From: Cyanobacteria bacterium P01_A01_bin.123
Lineage (GTDB): Bacteria; Cyanobacteriota; Cyanobacteriia; Phormidesmidales; Phormidesmidaceae
Direction of reading: 5' to 3'
NCBI GenBank assembly: GCA_039815185.1
Contig: JBCBZT010000011.1
Location: 1-64,000 of the forward strand
DNA: 64,000 nt
Below the pieces are notes generated by a model. That model searched no databases. It was not told the origin of the DNA and was given only the letters and a program-made list of their open reading frames with translations. The stretch's first letter is position 1. Each line of letters starts with the position of its first letter. The position numbers were made by a program, and so were the translations under genes. This document shows, one piece after another, positions 40,686 to 53,272 of this stretch.

Positions 40686-41285
40686 TCAGTAGCCTAAGGG
40701 TTGAATAAAGGGGCGTTGCCCTAGGGTAGTAGGAATGGTGTTCGCGGAGGGAATCGGGTCTGGCTGCTGGTGGGTTGTTTCAGCAGTTGGAGATGAGGAA
40801 TTCAGAAACAGCATGCCATTTGGTCGTGGGGTATGAAGCCCAGCACCAGGGGCCTTAGCTTGTTCTGCCATATGGTGCTTTAAGACTTCATTAGCGGTGG
40901 TTAACTGTTGGCGATCGCGCTGTAACCCCGATAGTCGCTGCACCCCATGACTCACTTGACCATTGAGCGATACCGTACTGCTATAGAGGGCCAAGACAGA
41001 TACGAGCAAGGTACCTGTGATCACGGTGGTGCCTTGCTGACACCGCAACAATAGCTTTAGCCACAGGGGCCGAGGGGGCGGCCCGGGCAAAGGGACGACA
41101 GGAGTCAGATGGCGAGCTGTGGAAGAGGTTGACCGCAATTGCGGTCTATCTTTTTGAGCCAGAAACGCCACTGTTTGAGGGGGCTGGGGCCGGGGCGCTG
41201 TTCGCCCCTGGGAATAGCGATCTTTCTTGATCTGTGTTGAATGATCGCCAGATCGAACAGAATGGGACTTTAAGGCCGCAACCAT
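40686..41285 (-). CDS. FtsL-like bitopic coiled-coil protein
   Basis: Single TM plus heptad LQRDRQQLTTANEVLK; directly upstream of ftsI. Confidence 0.65.
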   Translation of the reverse strand: MVAALKSHSVRSGDHSTQIKKDRYSQGRTAPRPQPPQTVAFLAQKDRPQLRSTSSTARHLTPVVPLPGPPPRPLWLKLLLRCQQGTTVITGTLLVSVLALYSSTVSLNGQVSHGVQRLSGLQRDRQQLTTANEVLKHHMAEQAKAPGAGLHTPRPNGMLFLNSSSPTAETTHQQPDPIPSANTIPTTLGQRPFIQPLGY

Positions 41286-41622
41286 GCATCAACTCCTGAA
41301 TAAATAACGGTGACTATCCTTAAAAAGCACCAACCTTAAAACGTCGTCTCCTAGAGACAAGTCGCCATAAAATCAGTGGGTCACCGCGCAACCCTGCCTT
41401 GCTTTACCAATCGGCGCAAGTTAAGGGCAATGCTACCGTGCACAGCGGATAACAGCAATACTTTAACGACCAAAATCAGATATTGACCGAGAGTCGTATT
41501 ACATTTTCCAAAGACGCAACTTAGATCTCATCAAAAAGTCTGTGGTTTCTTAGAGATTGAAATTCTCTACGGTGAGTTATTGACACTAACTTATACCCAA
41601 TTAATCAATCATCTACGCTAAG

Positions 41623-41649
41623 AAAAAAGCCGCCATATGCGGCGGCTTT
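41623..41649 (-). terminator. ilvB terminator
   Basis: AAAAAAGCCGCC-ATATGC-GGCGGCTTT. Confidence 0.8.
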
Positions 41650-41682
41650 AGCAACAATATCTGGACCCTGTAAAGTCTATGG

Positions 41683-43533
41683 CTATAGCTTTGTACCGCA
41701 ATCGGGACAGAAGGTATTGATAGAGGGATTCTTAGAGCCACAGCTACTGCAGGTGATCACCTCAATTCCTTGGGATTGCGGGGGCTGCTTTGGCAAGCCG
41801 ATCATCTGGGCATTGCTCTTGCCAGGGGCCACCATGGGATAACAGTTTTCATCGCGGCGCACCCGCACATCCATCAGCACCGGGCCGTCATGGGCTAACA
41901 TCTCTTCGATGCCTTGGTCTAACTCAGCGCGATCGTGAATCACCATACCTCGCACACCGAAGGCCCTTGCCAGCAGTTCAAAATCAGGCATGCCCACTTC
42001 CATATTGGACGAGGAATAGCGTTCACCATAAAAAGTCTGTTGCCACTGACGCACCATTCCCTGCCAGCCGTTGTTAATAATCACGGTCTTCACGGCAATA
42101 CCGTATTGGGCGAGAGTAGCCAGTTCTTGCAGGTTCATTTGAAAGCTAGCATCGCCACTAATACAAATCACCTGCTCATCCGGCATCGCCACTTTGACGC
42201 CCATCGCAGCAGGCATACCAAAGCCCATGGTGCCCAAGCCAGCACTGGAAACCCAGCGACGGGGACCGTTCTTAAGGAACTGCGCTGCCCACATCTGGTG
42301 TTGTCCCACATCCGTGGTGTAATACGCCTCTGGCGCCCGCTGACTCAGGGCGACAATCACTTCTTGAGGAGATAAAGCATGGTCATAGCTGGGCACCTGC
42401 AAGGGATAATCTTGACGCCACTGATCAATGCGATCGCGCCAAGACCGGGTGCGCTGGGGTACAACCTCAACCTGATCTGCCTCTAAACGCCTGAGCAAGT
42501 CTTGCAGCACCCGGCGCACATCACCCACTATGGGCACCTTGGGTGCCCGATTCTTACCCACCTCAGCAGGGTCAATGTCAATATGAATCACCTTAGCGTG
42601 GGAAGCAAATTCATCCAGTTTGCCGGTCACGCGGTCATCAAAGCGGGCGCCAACGGCGATCAGCAAATCACATTCACTAACGGCAAAGTTAGCATAGGCC
42701 GTCCCGTGCATACCCAACATGCCAACAGAGAGGGGATGGTGCTCATCAAAAGCGCCCTTACCCATCAGGGTTGTGGTCACTGGAATATTGAAATATTCGG
42801 CCAGCCTGTGAATTTCGTGATGGGCTCCAGCTGTGATTGCCCCGCCCCCCACATACATCAGCGGCTGCTCAGCCGCCTGGATCAGGTTAATGGCATGACT
42901 GATCTGACGAGGATTGCCCTTAACCGTAGGTTTGTAACCGGGCAATCGCACTGCTCCAGGCTCCACAGGGCGATAGTCACACATGGCGAGCCCGATATCC
43001 TTAGGAACATCGATCAGCACTGGTCCTGGACGTCCCGTTGCCGCAATGTAAAACGCTTCAGAGACAATCCGCGCCATTTGTGCGGGATCGCGCACAACAT
43101 AGGAATGCTTCACGATCGGCAGGGTAATCCCGTAAATATCCGTCTCTTGGAAAGCATCACTGCCAATCGCGTTGCTCGGCACCTGCCCAGTAACCACCAC
43201 CATAGGGATGGAGTCCATCTGAGCCGTGGCTATCCCAGTTACCAGGTTAGTGGCCCCAGGCCCAGACGTACCAAAGCAGACACCAACTTCTCCCGTAGCC
43301 CGGGCATATCCATCAGCCGCATGGGAAGCCCCTTGCTCATGGCGCACCAAAATATGCTGCAACTTGCCATCAGCCTCAGCCCGATAGAGCTCGTCATAAA
43401 TGGGCAAAATCGCGCCCCCCGGATACCCAAAAATATGCTTAACGCCGTGGCGCACTAGGCTGTCAATCAAGGCAAAAGCACCCGTCGCCCGAGTCACAGC
43501 GACGTTCTGAACCTGCACGGGAGAGATCGTCAT
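41683..43533 (-). CDS. ilvB: Acetolactate synthase large subunit with a C-terminal Zn ribbon
   Basis: [42 protein letters not shown]; tail CSSC..CPDC. ATG 43533 preferred. Confidence 0.96.
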   Translation of the reverse strand: MTISPVQVQNVAVTRATGAFALIDSLVRHGVKHIFGYPGGAILPIYDELYRAEADGKLQHILVRHEQGASHAADGYARATGEVGVCFGTSGPGATNLVTGIATAQMDSIPMVVVTGQVPSNAIGSDAFQETDIYGITLPIVKHSYVVRDPAQMARIVSEAFYIAATGRPGPVLIDVPKDIGLAMCDYRPVEPGAVRLPGYKPTVKGNPRQISHAINLIQAAEQPLMYVGGGAITAGAHHEIHRLAEYFNIPVTTTLMGKGAFDEHHPLSVGMLGMHGTAYANFAVSECDLLIAVGARFDDRVTGKLDEFASHAKVIHIDIDPAEVGKNRAPKVPIVGDVRRVLQDLLRRLEADQVEVVPQRTRSWRDRIDQWRQDYPLQVPSYDHALSPQEVIVALSQRAPEAYYTTDVGQHQMWAAQFLKNGPRRWVSSAGLGTMGFGMPAAMGVKVAMPDEQVICISGDASFQMNLQELATLAQYGIAVKTVIINNGWQGMVRQWQQTFYGERYSSSNMEVGMPDFELLARAFGVRGMVIHDRAELDQGIEEMLAHDGPVLMDVRVRRDENCYPMVAPGKSNAQMIGLPKQPPQSQGIEVITCSSCGSKNPSINTFCPDCGTKL

Positions 43534-43917
43534 ACCGAATCGCTTATCTGTGATAAAAGTTTTCACGCAACTATCTTGTCTCGAGACAAGACAATCTTGG
43601 TTAGCTTTTATCCTATCTTTTCGTTCTTGATTTTGATGAGGGGATTGGGAAAAAGATCCGTAATTCCACGGCTTGAAAACCAGGCTAGACCATCCTCCAA
43701 TCCTATGTTTCGTAGTCCAAGATACACTTCAGCCACCGCAATTTTTGTCATCTAGTTTTAATACATTTGATACAAAACTTCAGCAAAGGACTGCTTTAGA
43801 GGAAGATGTCAGGTGTCAGGCGCGCACACGTTAGAGACAACCCATCTCCCCCTTTATGCCAATAGACTGAGTCCGTTTACCGCTTCACCAGAGGCTATGG
43901 GGCAGAAATGAGGTGTC

Positions 43918-44022
43918 AACAGCCGTAGCCACAAAGCTTTGTGCGCTACGGCGAGCTAGATTGCCTGTGTGTTAAGCATCCCAGCGATACTAGGTGCATT
44001 AAGCAATCTGGCCAGCACTATA
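43918..44022 (-). repeat. 105-bp dispersed structured repeat, copy 2
   Basis: Reverse complement aligns without gaps to the other two copies. Confidence 0.9.
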
Positions 44023-44023
44023 A

Positions 44024-44062
44024 ATTAAGCGTGGTAAGGGAATAACCAATACCACGCTTAAT
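44024..44062 (-). terminator. rpsN terminator hairpin
   Basis: ATTAAGCGTGGTA...TACCACGCTTAAT. Confidence 0.7.
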
Positions 44063-44131
44063 ATGACCGACTAAATCCACAGTGAGCCTTGCGGGCTGAG
44101 CTGTAAGTTCTAGCTGTAATGCCCCACTGGA

Positions 44132-44434
44132 CTACCAGCTAGACTTCACCACACCGGGCAATAGCCCATTGTGAGCCATGTCTCGCAAGGCATTGCGGCA
44201 CAAGCCAAAATCACGATAAACGCCACGAGGGCGACCTGTGAGCCAGCAGCGATTACGCACTCGTGTCGGTGCACTGTTGCGAGGAAGCTGCTGAATCTTA
44301 CGATGAATTTCTAGCTTCTGCTGCTGGTTGCCAGCATTGGCAAATTCTTCCATCAATGCTTGGCGCTTCGCGGCATATTTTTCAACGATCTTTTTGCGCT
44401 TAACGTCACGCGCAATCATGCTTTTCTTAGCCAT
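44132..44434 (-). CDS. rpsN: 30S ribosomal protein S14
   Basis: [10 protein letters not shown]...[12 protein letters not shown]...LPGVVKSSW. Confidence 0.98.
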   Translation of the reverse strand: MAKKSMIARDVKRKKIVEKYAAKRQALMEEFANAGNQQQKLEIHRKIQQLPRNSAPTRVRNRCWLTGRPRGVYRDFGLCRNALRDMAHNGLLPGVVKSSW

Positions 44435-44608
44435 GCAGCTTTACTCAGTCACTTTTGAATGAACAATACACATTACTCTGCCAGAAAACCAATTCAGCGA
44501 TACCTTAGGCACCTTCAGCAATGTGATCCGGGCAATATACCTTTTTATAAAGGCAGAGTCTAATATTATAAGCCAAAGCTATGTTCAAGCCAAGGGGAAA
44601 GTGAGTAT

Positions 44609-45316
44609 TTACTTCCCTGGCGTACTGTTCATCGGCTTTTTGCGGGATTTAGGCGCAGGCGGAGGGGATTGAACGCTGGGGCACAGATCGGCGAGTTGAC
44701 AGCGATCGCAGGCAGGATTTCGCGCCATACATACTGCTCGACCATGATAAATCAAGCGGATTGACCAGTTTTCCCAGTCGGGCTGGGGCAGCAGCTTCAT
44801 CAAATCTCGTTCGATTTTGGTGGGGTCAGTTTGCTTCGTTAACCCCAAGCGCTGGCTCAGCCGCTTCACGTGGGTATCTACTGTAACCCCAGCATTGATG
44901 TTGAAGGCGTGGGCCAACACAACGTTTGCAGTTTTTCGCGCCACCCCAGGCAGTGATGTCAACTCCTCCATGCGCTGCGGCACTTGCCCATCGAAGTCGG
45001 CCATGATTTTTTGGCTGGCAGCGCGGATATTTTTGGCTTTGTTGCGATAAAAGCCCGTCGACTTTACCAGTTCTTCAAGTTCTTCTAGCTCGGCACCCGC
45101 TAGAGCAGGGGCATCGGGGAAACGTTTAAACAGGGCTGGTGTCACCTTATTGACCCGTTCATCGGTACACTGAGCCGACAAAATAGTCGCTACCATTAGC
45201 TGCACCGGGGTTTCATAGGTCAAAGAACAGGTGGCATCCGGGTAAAGTCGCTTGAGGCGTACCAGGATTTCTAGAGCCCGCTGTTGCGTTTTAGAAGCGT
45301 GACGTTGAGGACTCAC
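44609..45316 (-). CDS. nth: Endonuclease III
   Basis: LSAQCTD, HhH LPGVARKTANVV, VDTHV, Fe-S motif CMARNPACDRCQLADLC. Confidence 0.96.
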   Translation of the reverse strand: MSPQRHASKTQQRALEILVRLKRLYPDATCSLTYETPVQLMVATILSAQCTDERVNKVTPALFKRFPDAPALAGAELEELEELVKSTGFYRNKAKNIRAASQKIMADFDGQVPQRMEELTSLPGVARKTANVVLAHAFNINAGVTVDTHVKRLSQRLGLTKQTDPTKIERDLMKLLPQPDWENWSIRLIYHGRAVCMARNPACDRCQLADLCPSVQSPPPAPKSRKKPMNSTPGK

Positions 45317-46398
45317 TGGCGTAGATTTTGAAAAATTTCAAGTTGGGTCGTGTCTCGGACGATGAGAAAAACGCCCAACCCTAACAACAGTACTAATCCG
45401 GTTTGCATGACGTTGTCTTGTACTCGCTGAGGCAGAGGCTTACCCCGCAGAGCCTCAACAATCAGAAACGCCAGTTGACCGCCATCCAATGCAGGTAGCG
45501 GCAAAATATTAATGATGGCTAAGTTGATACTGATGATGGCTGTAAACGGAAATAGGCTAGCGGCATTTTCTTGAGCCAGGTTAGATCCTTGCTCCACAAT
45601 TCTGACCGGGCCACCCACCTGGCTTGCCATTTCAGAAAAATTCGTAGCGAGTGAGACAAACCCTTGCACCGTCCGCAGGAACATCCCCTGAAACTCTTGA
45701 GCAGCAGTAGTGAATATTTCAATGGGATTGCTGGGCCGACGATACTCAACCGTACCGTTGGGATAAAGCTGAACCCCAATCACTGCTCTACCGTCGTTCA
45801 GCTCTGGCGTGACGGTGATGGGGAGTTCGCGATCGCCCCGCTGTATCGTTAAATCGATGGGTTGGTTGGGGCTGCTTTGAATCAGATCGATTAGGTTAGG
45901 GATTGTCTCTTCGGTGGCGGTCAGAGTCTGGCCTTCTGCTGCAATGATCAAATCCCCATTCTGGAGGCCGGCCTGAGCTGCGGGAGAATCTTGGGAGATG
46001 ATCTCAGGGATCAAAACTCCCGGTTGTAAATCGAAGTCAGGGATGCCTACCCCAGTAAACTGGACGACAAAGACAAAATAGGCAAACAGTAAATTCGCGA
46101 TCACCCCAGCACTAATCACAATGGCGCGATCAAGGATGGGGCGATTTCTCAGCAGGTTGGGATCATTCGGAGGAATTTCACTGTCCGGATCATCATCGGG
46201 AAAGCCGACAAATCCACCCAGGGGAATGGCTCGCACCGCATACTCGGTTTGAGAACCCTGGATTTTCCAAAGAATGGGGCCAAAGCCAATCGAAAACCGA
46301 TTGACGTGAATCCCTTGAAGCCGGGCGGCTAAAAAATGCCCCAGCTCATGAACCACAATGAGAATAGCGAGAACGGCGATCGCTGCCAATACGGACAT
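45313..46398 (-). CDS. rseP: RIP metalloprotease RseP
   Basis: HELGH, PDZ domain, NILPLPALDGG. Confidence 0.95.
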   Translation of the reverse strand: MSVLAAIAVLAILIVVHELGHFLAARLQGIHVNRFSIGFGPILWKIQGSQTEYAVRAIPLGGFVGFPDDDPDSEIPPNDPNLLRNRPILDRAIVISAGVIANLLFAYFVFVVQFTGVGIPDFDLQPGVLIPEIISQDSPAAQAGLQNGDLIIAAEGQTLTATEETIPNLIDLIQSSPNQPIDLTIQRGDRELPITVTPELNDGRAVIGVQLYPNGTVEYRRPSNPIEIFTTAAQEFQGMFLRTVQGFVSLATNFSEMASQVGGPVRIVEQGSNLAQENAASLFPFTAIISINLAIINILPLPALDGGQLAFLIVEALRGKPLPQRVQDNVMQTGLVLLLGLGVFLIVRDTTQLEIFQNLRQ

Positions 46399-46455
46399 AA
46401 ATAATAGTCGGATGGGGTTTAACTCAAGCGCTTTACTATTCTAGCGTTGCAGCCT

Positions 46456-47787
<1,332 letters not shown>

Positions 47788-47895
47788 TCAGAATATCAGG
47801 AAAAGCTAACCCTCTAAACCGTCTAACCCAAAAGGTTCAGCCGACTTAGAGGGCGATGGTGGATCGAGGCTTGATCACCCCGTTGAGGTCTCGGG

Positions 47896-48135
47896 TTAGG
47901 CGACCTGTTCAACCTCAGCGATTTCAGGAATGAATTCCCGAAGACGACGCTCAATCCCCATTCTTAGAGTCATCGCAGAGCTGGGACAAGAGCCGCAAGC
48001 CCCTTGCAACCGCAACTTGACCACAGGACCATCAAGCTCAACGAGTTCAACGTTACCGCCATCGGCCATCAAGTAGGGACGCAAATCATCAAGCACTTTT
48101 TCAACATTGTTGGAGGTTAATGCCAAAGTTTCCAT
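47896..48135 (-). CDS. NifU C-terminal / Nfu Fe-S scaffold
   Basis: [21 protein letters not shown]. Confidence 0.93.
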   Translation of the reverse strand: METLALTSNNVEKVLDDLRPYLMADGGNVELVELDGPVVKLRLQGACGSCPSSAMTLRMGIERRLREFIPEIAEVEQVA

Positions 48136-48181
48136 AGGTTACCTTTAGTGAATCTTTATGGGCTTGATTCCATTGTACGGA

Positions 48182-48766
48182 TTAGATCGCTTGAAGTTCA
48201 TCCAAACGGGCTAGCACTTCTTGGCTGTGAATGGGTGGACGGACGCCCAAGAAGCGATCGCGCATAATGCCGTCTGGATCAATCAAATAGGTATGGCGTA
48301 ACGAGCGATAACCCAACCAGGAACCATAGGCTTTACTGACGCTGCCGTTGATATCTGAGAGCAACGGAAAGTCGAGCCCTTCAGCATCACAAAACTGCTC
48401 GTGGGAGACAACGTCGTCTGCGCTGACTCCCAGGATCTGAGCATTGCGGCTCTGGTACTCGGCAAAGTCTTGTTGGAAACGCTTGGCTTCGAGGGTGCAA
48501 CCCGAGGTAAAGTCCTGGGGATAAAAATAAAGTACGACCCATTGCCCTCGATAGTCCGCCAAGGCAATATCTCCGTCTCCTACATTTGTCGGCAATGTAA
48601 AGTTAGGCGCGGGTTCGTCTAGGGGGAGCTGAGGGCCACCCATTGCAATTGCAGGCCCACTCACTTGCAGCCAAAGCAACAGCGCCAGCACACAAGCAGC
48701 CGCCGCACGGGAAAACAGATGACGTCTAGAAAACATAGATTTTGAACCCACAGTTGTTCTTAACAA
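48182..48766 (-). CDS. Peroxiredoxin Q / BCP with a Tat-like signal
   Basis: YFYPQDFTSGCT; SRRHLF signal. Likely start at MFSRR. Confidence 0.92.
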   Translation of the reverse strand: MLRTTVGSKSMFSRRHLFSRAAAACVLALLLWLQVSGPAIAMGGPQLPLDEPAPNFTLPTNVGDGDIALADYRGQWVVLYFYPQDFTSGCTLEAKRFQQDFAEYQSRNAQILGVSADDVVSHEQFCDAEGLDFPLLSDINGSVSKAYGSWLGYRSLRHTYLIDPDGIMRDRFLGVRPPIHSQEVLARLDELQAI

Positions 48767-48793
48767 GAGTTTACAACTTGTGTCCGTTCTATG

Positions 48794-49003
48794 TCAGACA
48801 TTCCTGTCGAGCATGCGAGTTCGATGGGGTTGCCGGGCCCTAAAGTATTGCGGCCAGCGGGCAGCGGATACGACGGTAATCCACTGACCCGTATTTGGAT
48901 CGCGATAGGTTTGGAAGGGATTGGTTTTGACTAATTTGCTTTCAGCGGTTGCGGTAGTTTGAGGTTGCTGATCGAAAAACGACTTATCAGACAGTGACTT
49001 CAT
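48794..49003 (-). CDS. Small hypothetical protein
   Basis: Standalone ORF with NPFQTYRDPNTGQWITV; AGGA upstream. Confidence 0.6.
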   Translation of the reverse strand: MKSLSDKSFFDQQPQTTATAESKLVKTNPFQTYRDPNTGQWITVVSAARWPQYFRARQPHRTRMLDRNV

Positions 49004-49369
49004 ATCGAATCAAAATCCTGCTGTTGTTACCCTGATGATCCACCCAGTTCATAACTGAGTGGTATAGCTCCATAGTGCACATCTGAATCGATGTCTTACA
49101 TCAGATAAAGTGCGCAACTTCGAGACATTGAATCTCTAGGAAATAAACAGTTCTCCGTAATCTCAAGCAATGCCAAAGGCAATACTTGAGTCCAACACGA
49201 GCGTCTCCATCGTTGGAGGAAAGGCGGTTGTAGATGCATAGCGGTTAAGCGTTGAGTAACTGTAACTATCCAGACAAACCTACGCAGTGAGATTTCAGGA
49301 ATCTAGGTCATACGAAGGTGGATTTACTCCCGTCATCAAGACCCTAGCCATCAGTCAACCGTTCCCCAG

Positions 49370-50821
49370 CTACTCCTTAAACAGGTGAAGCTGAACCTCT
49401 GGATTGACCCGCATGATGATGAGCGTCATATCATCTTCGTTCTGATTTTCTGAGCCAATGAATTTTTGCAGAAGCTCAAAAAGGTAATTGAGGACGTCAT
49501 CTGAGCGCTCTAGATTGTTGCAGGCCCACTGAAACGCCATAGATAAGTTTTCTTCGTCAAATCGCTCCCCTTTAGGATTAGCCGCATCGGTAAAACCGTC
49601 GGTATAGTACATTACCGTATCCCCTGGATGGAGCTCAATTTGATCTTCGTAATAGCGAGTTTCCATATCGAGGCCAAGCAGCATACCAACGGTGTCAAGG
49701 CGTTTAATCGTATTGGTTGCGGCTTGCCAAAGCAAGGGCGGATTATGAGCGGCATTACCGTAGGATAGGATGCGCGTTTTAGGGTTGTACTCAGAATAGA
49801 ACAGGGTGACAAACCGATTAGAATTTTCTAAATCGGAGTGCATCACATTGTTGAGGTGCTGAAGAATGCGCGCTGGGGAATGACCGTTTAGCACTTCTGC
49901 CCGCAGCATCCCCCGCAGCATCGTCATGATTAATCCGGCGGGAACCCCTTTGCCCATCACATCCCCAATGGCCAGACTCCAAACGCCAACGGAGGGTTGC
50001 TTCGGGTTGGCGAGCCTCAACTGCTCATAACTGGTAGGAATAAAGTCGTAGTAGTCGCCGCCAACCTTGTTGGCGGTATTACACTGGGCCGCGATGTCCA
50101 TACCTTCGATGGTGGGACAGTGTCGGGGTAACAGTTGTAATTGAATCTCAGCACCAATTTCGAGCTCCCGATCAAGACGTTCTCGCTTCCGTAGTGCGAT
50201 GGTCAGTTCGCTATTCTCAATCGCGACGGCGGTTTGATCAGCTACCAATCGAACCAGTTTTTGTCGGGTTTCTGTCCAGCTGTAGTCTGAATCGCGGCTA
50301 AAGACGTAGAGGCGACCCCGTTCAACATTTTTGACGATGATTGGGGTGCCAAAGATCTTGATGTCATCATCGAGATAACGGTGCACATAGCGATCCAGCG
50401 TCAGCATGGCATTGCGGGCCATGGTGATAGCGCTGCCTGAAATAGACGTAAAGGATTCCGCGACTTTGCGGGTAGCGGCTTCCAAGGCTCGCCGGACATC
50501 TTGACAGTGATGGCTCCCTTGGCAGTGCAATCGCTCAAGACGCACCTGTCCGTTGGGTCGAAAAAGGACTAAAGCCCCTCCAGTTGCGTCGGTGACGCGG
50601 CTAGCAATCATGGGAATCAGTTCGAGGAACTGATTGAGATTGTTGAGGCTGCGTAGGGCAAATCCCAGTGAGCTGAGTAAATCTTGAATTTTGTATTGTT
50701 CGCGCTGGAGCCGTCCGACTAACTCCTTGAGCGCAAAGGCGGGAGCCGCCTCAGAGATGGGGCTCCCGCTGGGTGGCTCAAAAGAAGGATTGGAAGAGGA
50801 TGACATTGGGGTAGCGGTCAT
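49370..50821 (-). CDS. GAF + SpoIIE/PP2C Ser/Thr phosphatase (RsbU-like)
   Basis: VGGDYYD, GDVMGKG, NAAHNPP, YTDG, EDDMT. Confidence 0.93.
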   Translation of the reverse strand: MTATPMSSSSNPSFEPPSGSPISEAAPAFALKELVGRLQREQYKIQDLLSSLGFALRSLNNLNQFLELIPMIASRVTDATGGALVLFRPNGQVRLERLHCQGSHHCQDVRRALEAATRKVAESFTSISGSAITMARNAMLTLDRYVHRYLDDDIKIFGTPIIVKNVERGRLYVFSRDSDYSWTETRQKLVRLVADQTAVAIENSELTIALRKRERLDRELEIGAEIQLQLLPRHCPTIEGMDIAAQCNTANKVGGDYYDFIPTSYEQLRLANPKQPSVGVWSLAIGDVMGKGVPAGLIMTMLRGMLRAEVLNGHSPARILQHLNNVMHSDLENSNRFVTLFYSEYNPKTRILSYGNAAHNPPLLWQAATNTIKRLDTVGMLLGLDMETRYYEDQIELHPGDTVMYYTDGFTDAANPKGERFDEENLSMAFQWACNNLERSDDVLNYLFELLQKFIGSENQNEDDMTLIIMRVNPEVQLHLFKE

Positions 50822-51072
50822 TCAGGCAGCGAACAGGGGACAAAGAACAGCTCAGAATCAGGGCTTTACCGAATCTTGAATTAAGACAGTTGGGCCAAAG
50901 GTACCTCAGAGCCCTCAATGGGAAAGGCAGGAATTGATTGACAAGGATAGCACCCTCGTCACGATTTCGATCGATTTTTTTTTTGCCTAATGCTGCAAAG
51001 CTTTGAGCACAACAGATACCCCTGGGATAGAACATCGCCCAATCTTAACGGATGGTCTCTCATTCGCCCACG

Positions 51073-51903
51073 TTATTTTGGTTGATTTTGGCCAAGCTGT
51101 TGGTGGCAAAAGGCGATCGCGGTCTGTAAATCCTCAGTCTGACAGGGATAAGCCAAATCAGGACGCGCTAAAATCCAAAGCCGAATGCCCAACTGCTGGG
51201 CCAGCGATCGCTTCACGACTTCTCCCCCCGGTGCACCGGAGGCTTTCGTAATCACCTGGGTAATTTGCCACTGTTGCCACAGGGCAGATTCAAGTTCAAT
51301 TGAGATGGGCGGTCGCAGGGCAATCAGCCGAGTTGGGTCAAACCCTGCCGCTAAGGCGGCACGCAATGCCGTGAACGTCGGTAAAATGCGGGCAAACAGG
51401 CTAGCCCGATTATGCCAGGGTTGAAACCGATAGAGATGCCGGGAACCCAACGTCAGAAGCACCCGTTCGCCAGCTAAAACCGCATCGGTCAAAATCTCGT
51501 CGTAGCTAGCTATGGTTTGAACCAGCGCAGTGTTCACCCCTGACACATCTGGTTGCGGGGTTGCCTGGGGTCTTTCATAACGGAGGTATGGCAATGGGTG
51601 GTGAGTACAGGCTGCGATCGCGGTTTGGGAAATCTCCACAGCAAACGGATGGGACGCGTCCAACACCGCAGCAATATTATAAGTGGTGAAAAAGTGGGTT
51701 AAGGCCTCTGGGGCGATCGCGCCAACCTGCACCTGGCACCAAGGGGAGGGGGCATAGAGCCCAGCCGCCTCCGGGGTAACCACGGTAATGACATGGGGAA
51801 TTTGCGCCGCCGCTAAAGCCGTCGCCAATTGCCGACTCTCTTGGGTGCCACCAATCAGCCAAAGTTGACGAGGCAATGTCTCAACACCATCGACATCTAC
51901 CAC
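51073..51903 (-). CDS. cobK: Precorrin-6A / cobalt-precorrin-6A reductase
   Basis: LIGGTQE, DASHPFA..IS, YLRYER, ITKASG..GG..K. Confidence 0.92.
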   Translation of the reverse strand: MVDVDGVETLPRQLWLIGGTQESRQLATALAAAQIPHVITVVTPEAAGLYAPSPWCQVQVGAIAPEALTHFFTTYNIAAVLDASHPFAVEISQTAIAACTHHPLPYLRYERPQATPQPDVSGVNTALVQTIASYDEILTDAVLAGERVLLTLGSRHLYRFQPWHNRASLFARILPTFTALRAALAAGFDPTRLIALRPPISIELESALWQQWQITQVITKASGAPGGEVVKRSLAQQLGIRLWILARPDLAYPCQTEDLQTAIAFCHQQLGQNQPK

Positions 51904-52559
51904 TTCACCTTAAACAACTGGAAGATATCGCCTGCTTGCTGCTTAACGATGCGGGCTTGACAGTCCTTGATCAATTTAGCCCAGTCTGCCATCGATTCCA
52001 GCAGTACTTCCGCGCCTAAATAAGTTTCTAAGATAGCCCAACTCTCAGCCAAAGGCTGCGCCTCGTTCACCACATCAAACACGAATACCCCGTCAGGCTT
52101 CAGCACCTTGCGGACAGCGGTCATAATTCGTTCCCAGTAGTCGAGCGGATAGTAGCAGCTAAACCCGGTGGCAATCACAATGTCGAATTTGACAGTGTCG
52201 TAATCTAGCCGATGGGCAGGCGCTAGGCGTACCCCCTTAAACAATTTTGAATTGAGCTGCGGCCCCCGAGCATTGATGATCCCTTGGGCGACGGGACTAA
52301 TCTCTTGGCCGTAAAAAAAGGCGTTCCACTCACGCCAGGGATAAATTAAGAAGCTGACGCCACAACCCAAATCCAGGCAAGCCTGGTTTTTCTTGGGTTT
52401 AGCCAACTCCCAAAATGGAGAGGCTAACTTAGCCGCCAACGCACCGGAGGCCCGCTCTCGAAAAATATCCATGGCTTCAACTTCGGGCGGCAGTTCCACC
52501 GCATCGCCGCGATAGTCTTGGTCGTAACGTTGCGCGATCGCAGTAAACAGATCATCCAA
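51897..52559 (-). CDS. Class I SAM-dependent methyltransferase
   Basis: LDLGCG motif I; LKPDGVFVF. Confidence 0.85.
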   Translation of the reverse strand: MDDLFTAIAQRYDQDYRGDAVELPPEVEAMDIFRERASGALAAKLASPFWELAKPKKNQACLDLGCGVSFLIYPWREWNAFFYGQEISPVAQGIINARGPQLNSKLFKGVRLAPAHRLDYDTVKFDIVIATGFSCYYPLDYWERIMTAVRKVLKPDGVFVFDVVNEAQPLAESWAILETYLGAEVLLESMADWAKLIKDCQARIVKQQAGDIFQLFKVKW

Positions 52560-52596
52560 AGTTTTTACGGATATGCAGGGTTGTAAAGCTTAGCCC

Positions 52597-52748
52597 CATC
52601 CAGATCCATAAGTCTCCTTAAGCCCAACACTCAAGGGAGTAAATTAGGATGTGGTTTAGGGCAAGTCGTGTTGCCCATCTTAACCTCGTCAACATCTAGA
52701 TCCAACTTTATTCCTTAAGTTCAACACTCAAGGAATAAAGTTGGATAT
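52597..52748. repeat. Tandem pair of related hairpins (96-bp period)
   Basis: Both units read CATCYAGATCC...CCTTAAG..CAACACTCAAGG...GGAT. The second has a perfect 17-bp stem (52700-52746). Confidence 0.7.
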
Positions 52749-52752
52749 CGTT

Positions 52753-52938
52753 TTACTGCCCTTTCAAGGCTCTAGAGAAGTTTTTGCGATAGGACTTATT
52801 GGTCAGCAAAAACATCGGCCACAGCAGCGTCAGGTAAAGCCGTCCCTGGCTAAAGTTCGTGCGGTGAAACCCCCGCCAAAACCGCCAAGCGCCATAGCCA
52901 TAACCCACTACCAGCACCAAAACCAACAAAAATTTCAT
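52753..52938 (-). CDS. Small membrane protein (61 aa)
   Basis: MKFLLVLVLVVGYGYGAWRFW..LLWP..YRKNF; ATG 52938. Confidence 0.7.
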   Translation of the reverse strand: MKFLLVLVLVVGYGYGAWRFWRGFHRTNFSQGRLYLTLLWPMFLLTNKSYRKNFSRALKGQ

Positions 52939-53272
52939 TAGCGTATTCTCTTCTCGACAACAGGTCTCGTCTCCCAAAAGGGAGCCATTAAACTCTGTAG
53001 GGCTATGCCCTGCTCGCAGAGTATTCCTCCTCAACCAATCTTTTCATCATCAGCTAGGCCATGCTGCCCCCATTGATCATAGCTAAATCTGTTAAATCCG
53101 CTCTAGTGAAACGACAGAACTGATGCTGTGGAATCCCGGCCAAACATAGATTCGAGGACGCTGATTAGAAATAAATATGCCAATTTCAGGACGAAGGGTT
53201 TCCCAAAGCCCTATAGAATCGGTGTAGACAGACCGCACCGATTAGCGAAATCGATACCATCAAGGAGGGTTT

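Noticed and set aside
42502..43458. 318-aa plus-strand ORF
   Set aside because: Antisense shadow of ilvB with no recognisable motif.
52565..52609. Frameshifted start of the methyltransferase
   Set aside because: The out-of-frame ATG lies inside a repeat hairpin, and the TTG-started ORF looks like a complete domain, so there is no support for a pseudogene call.
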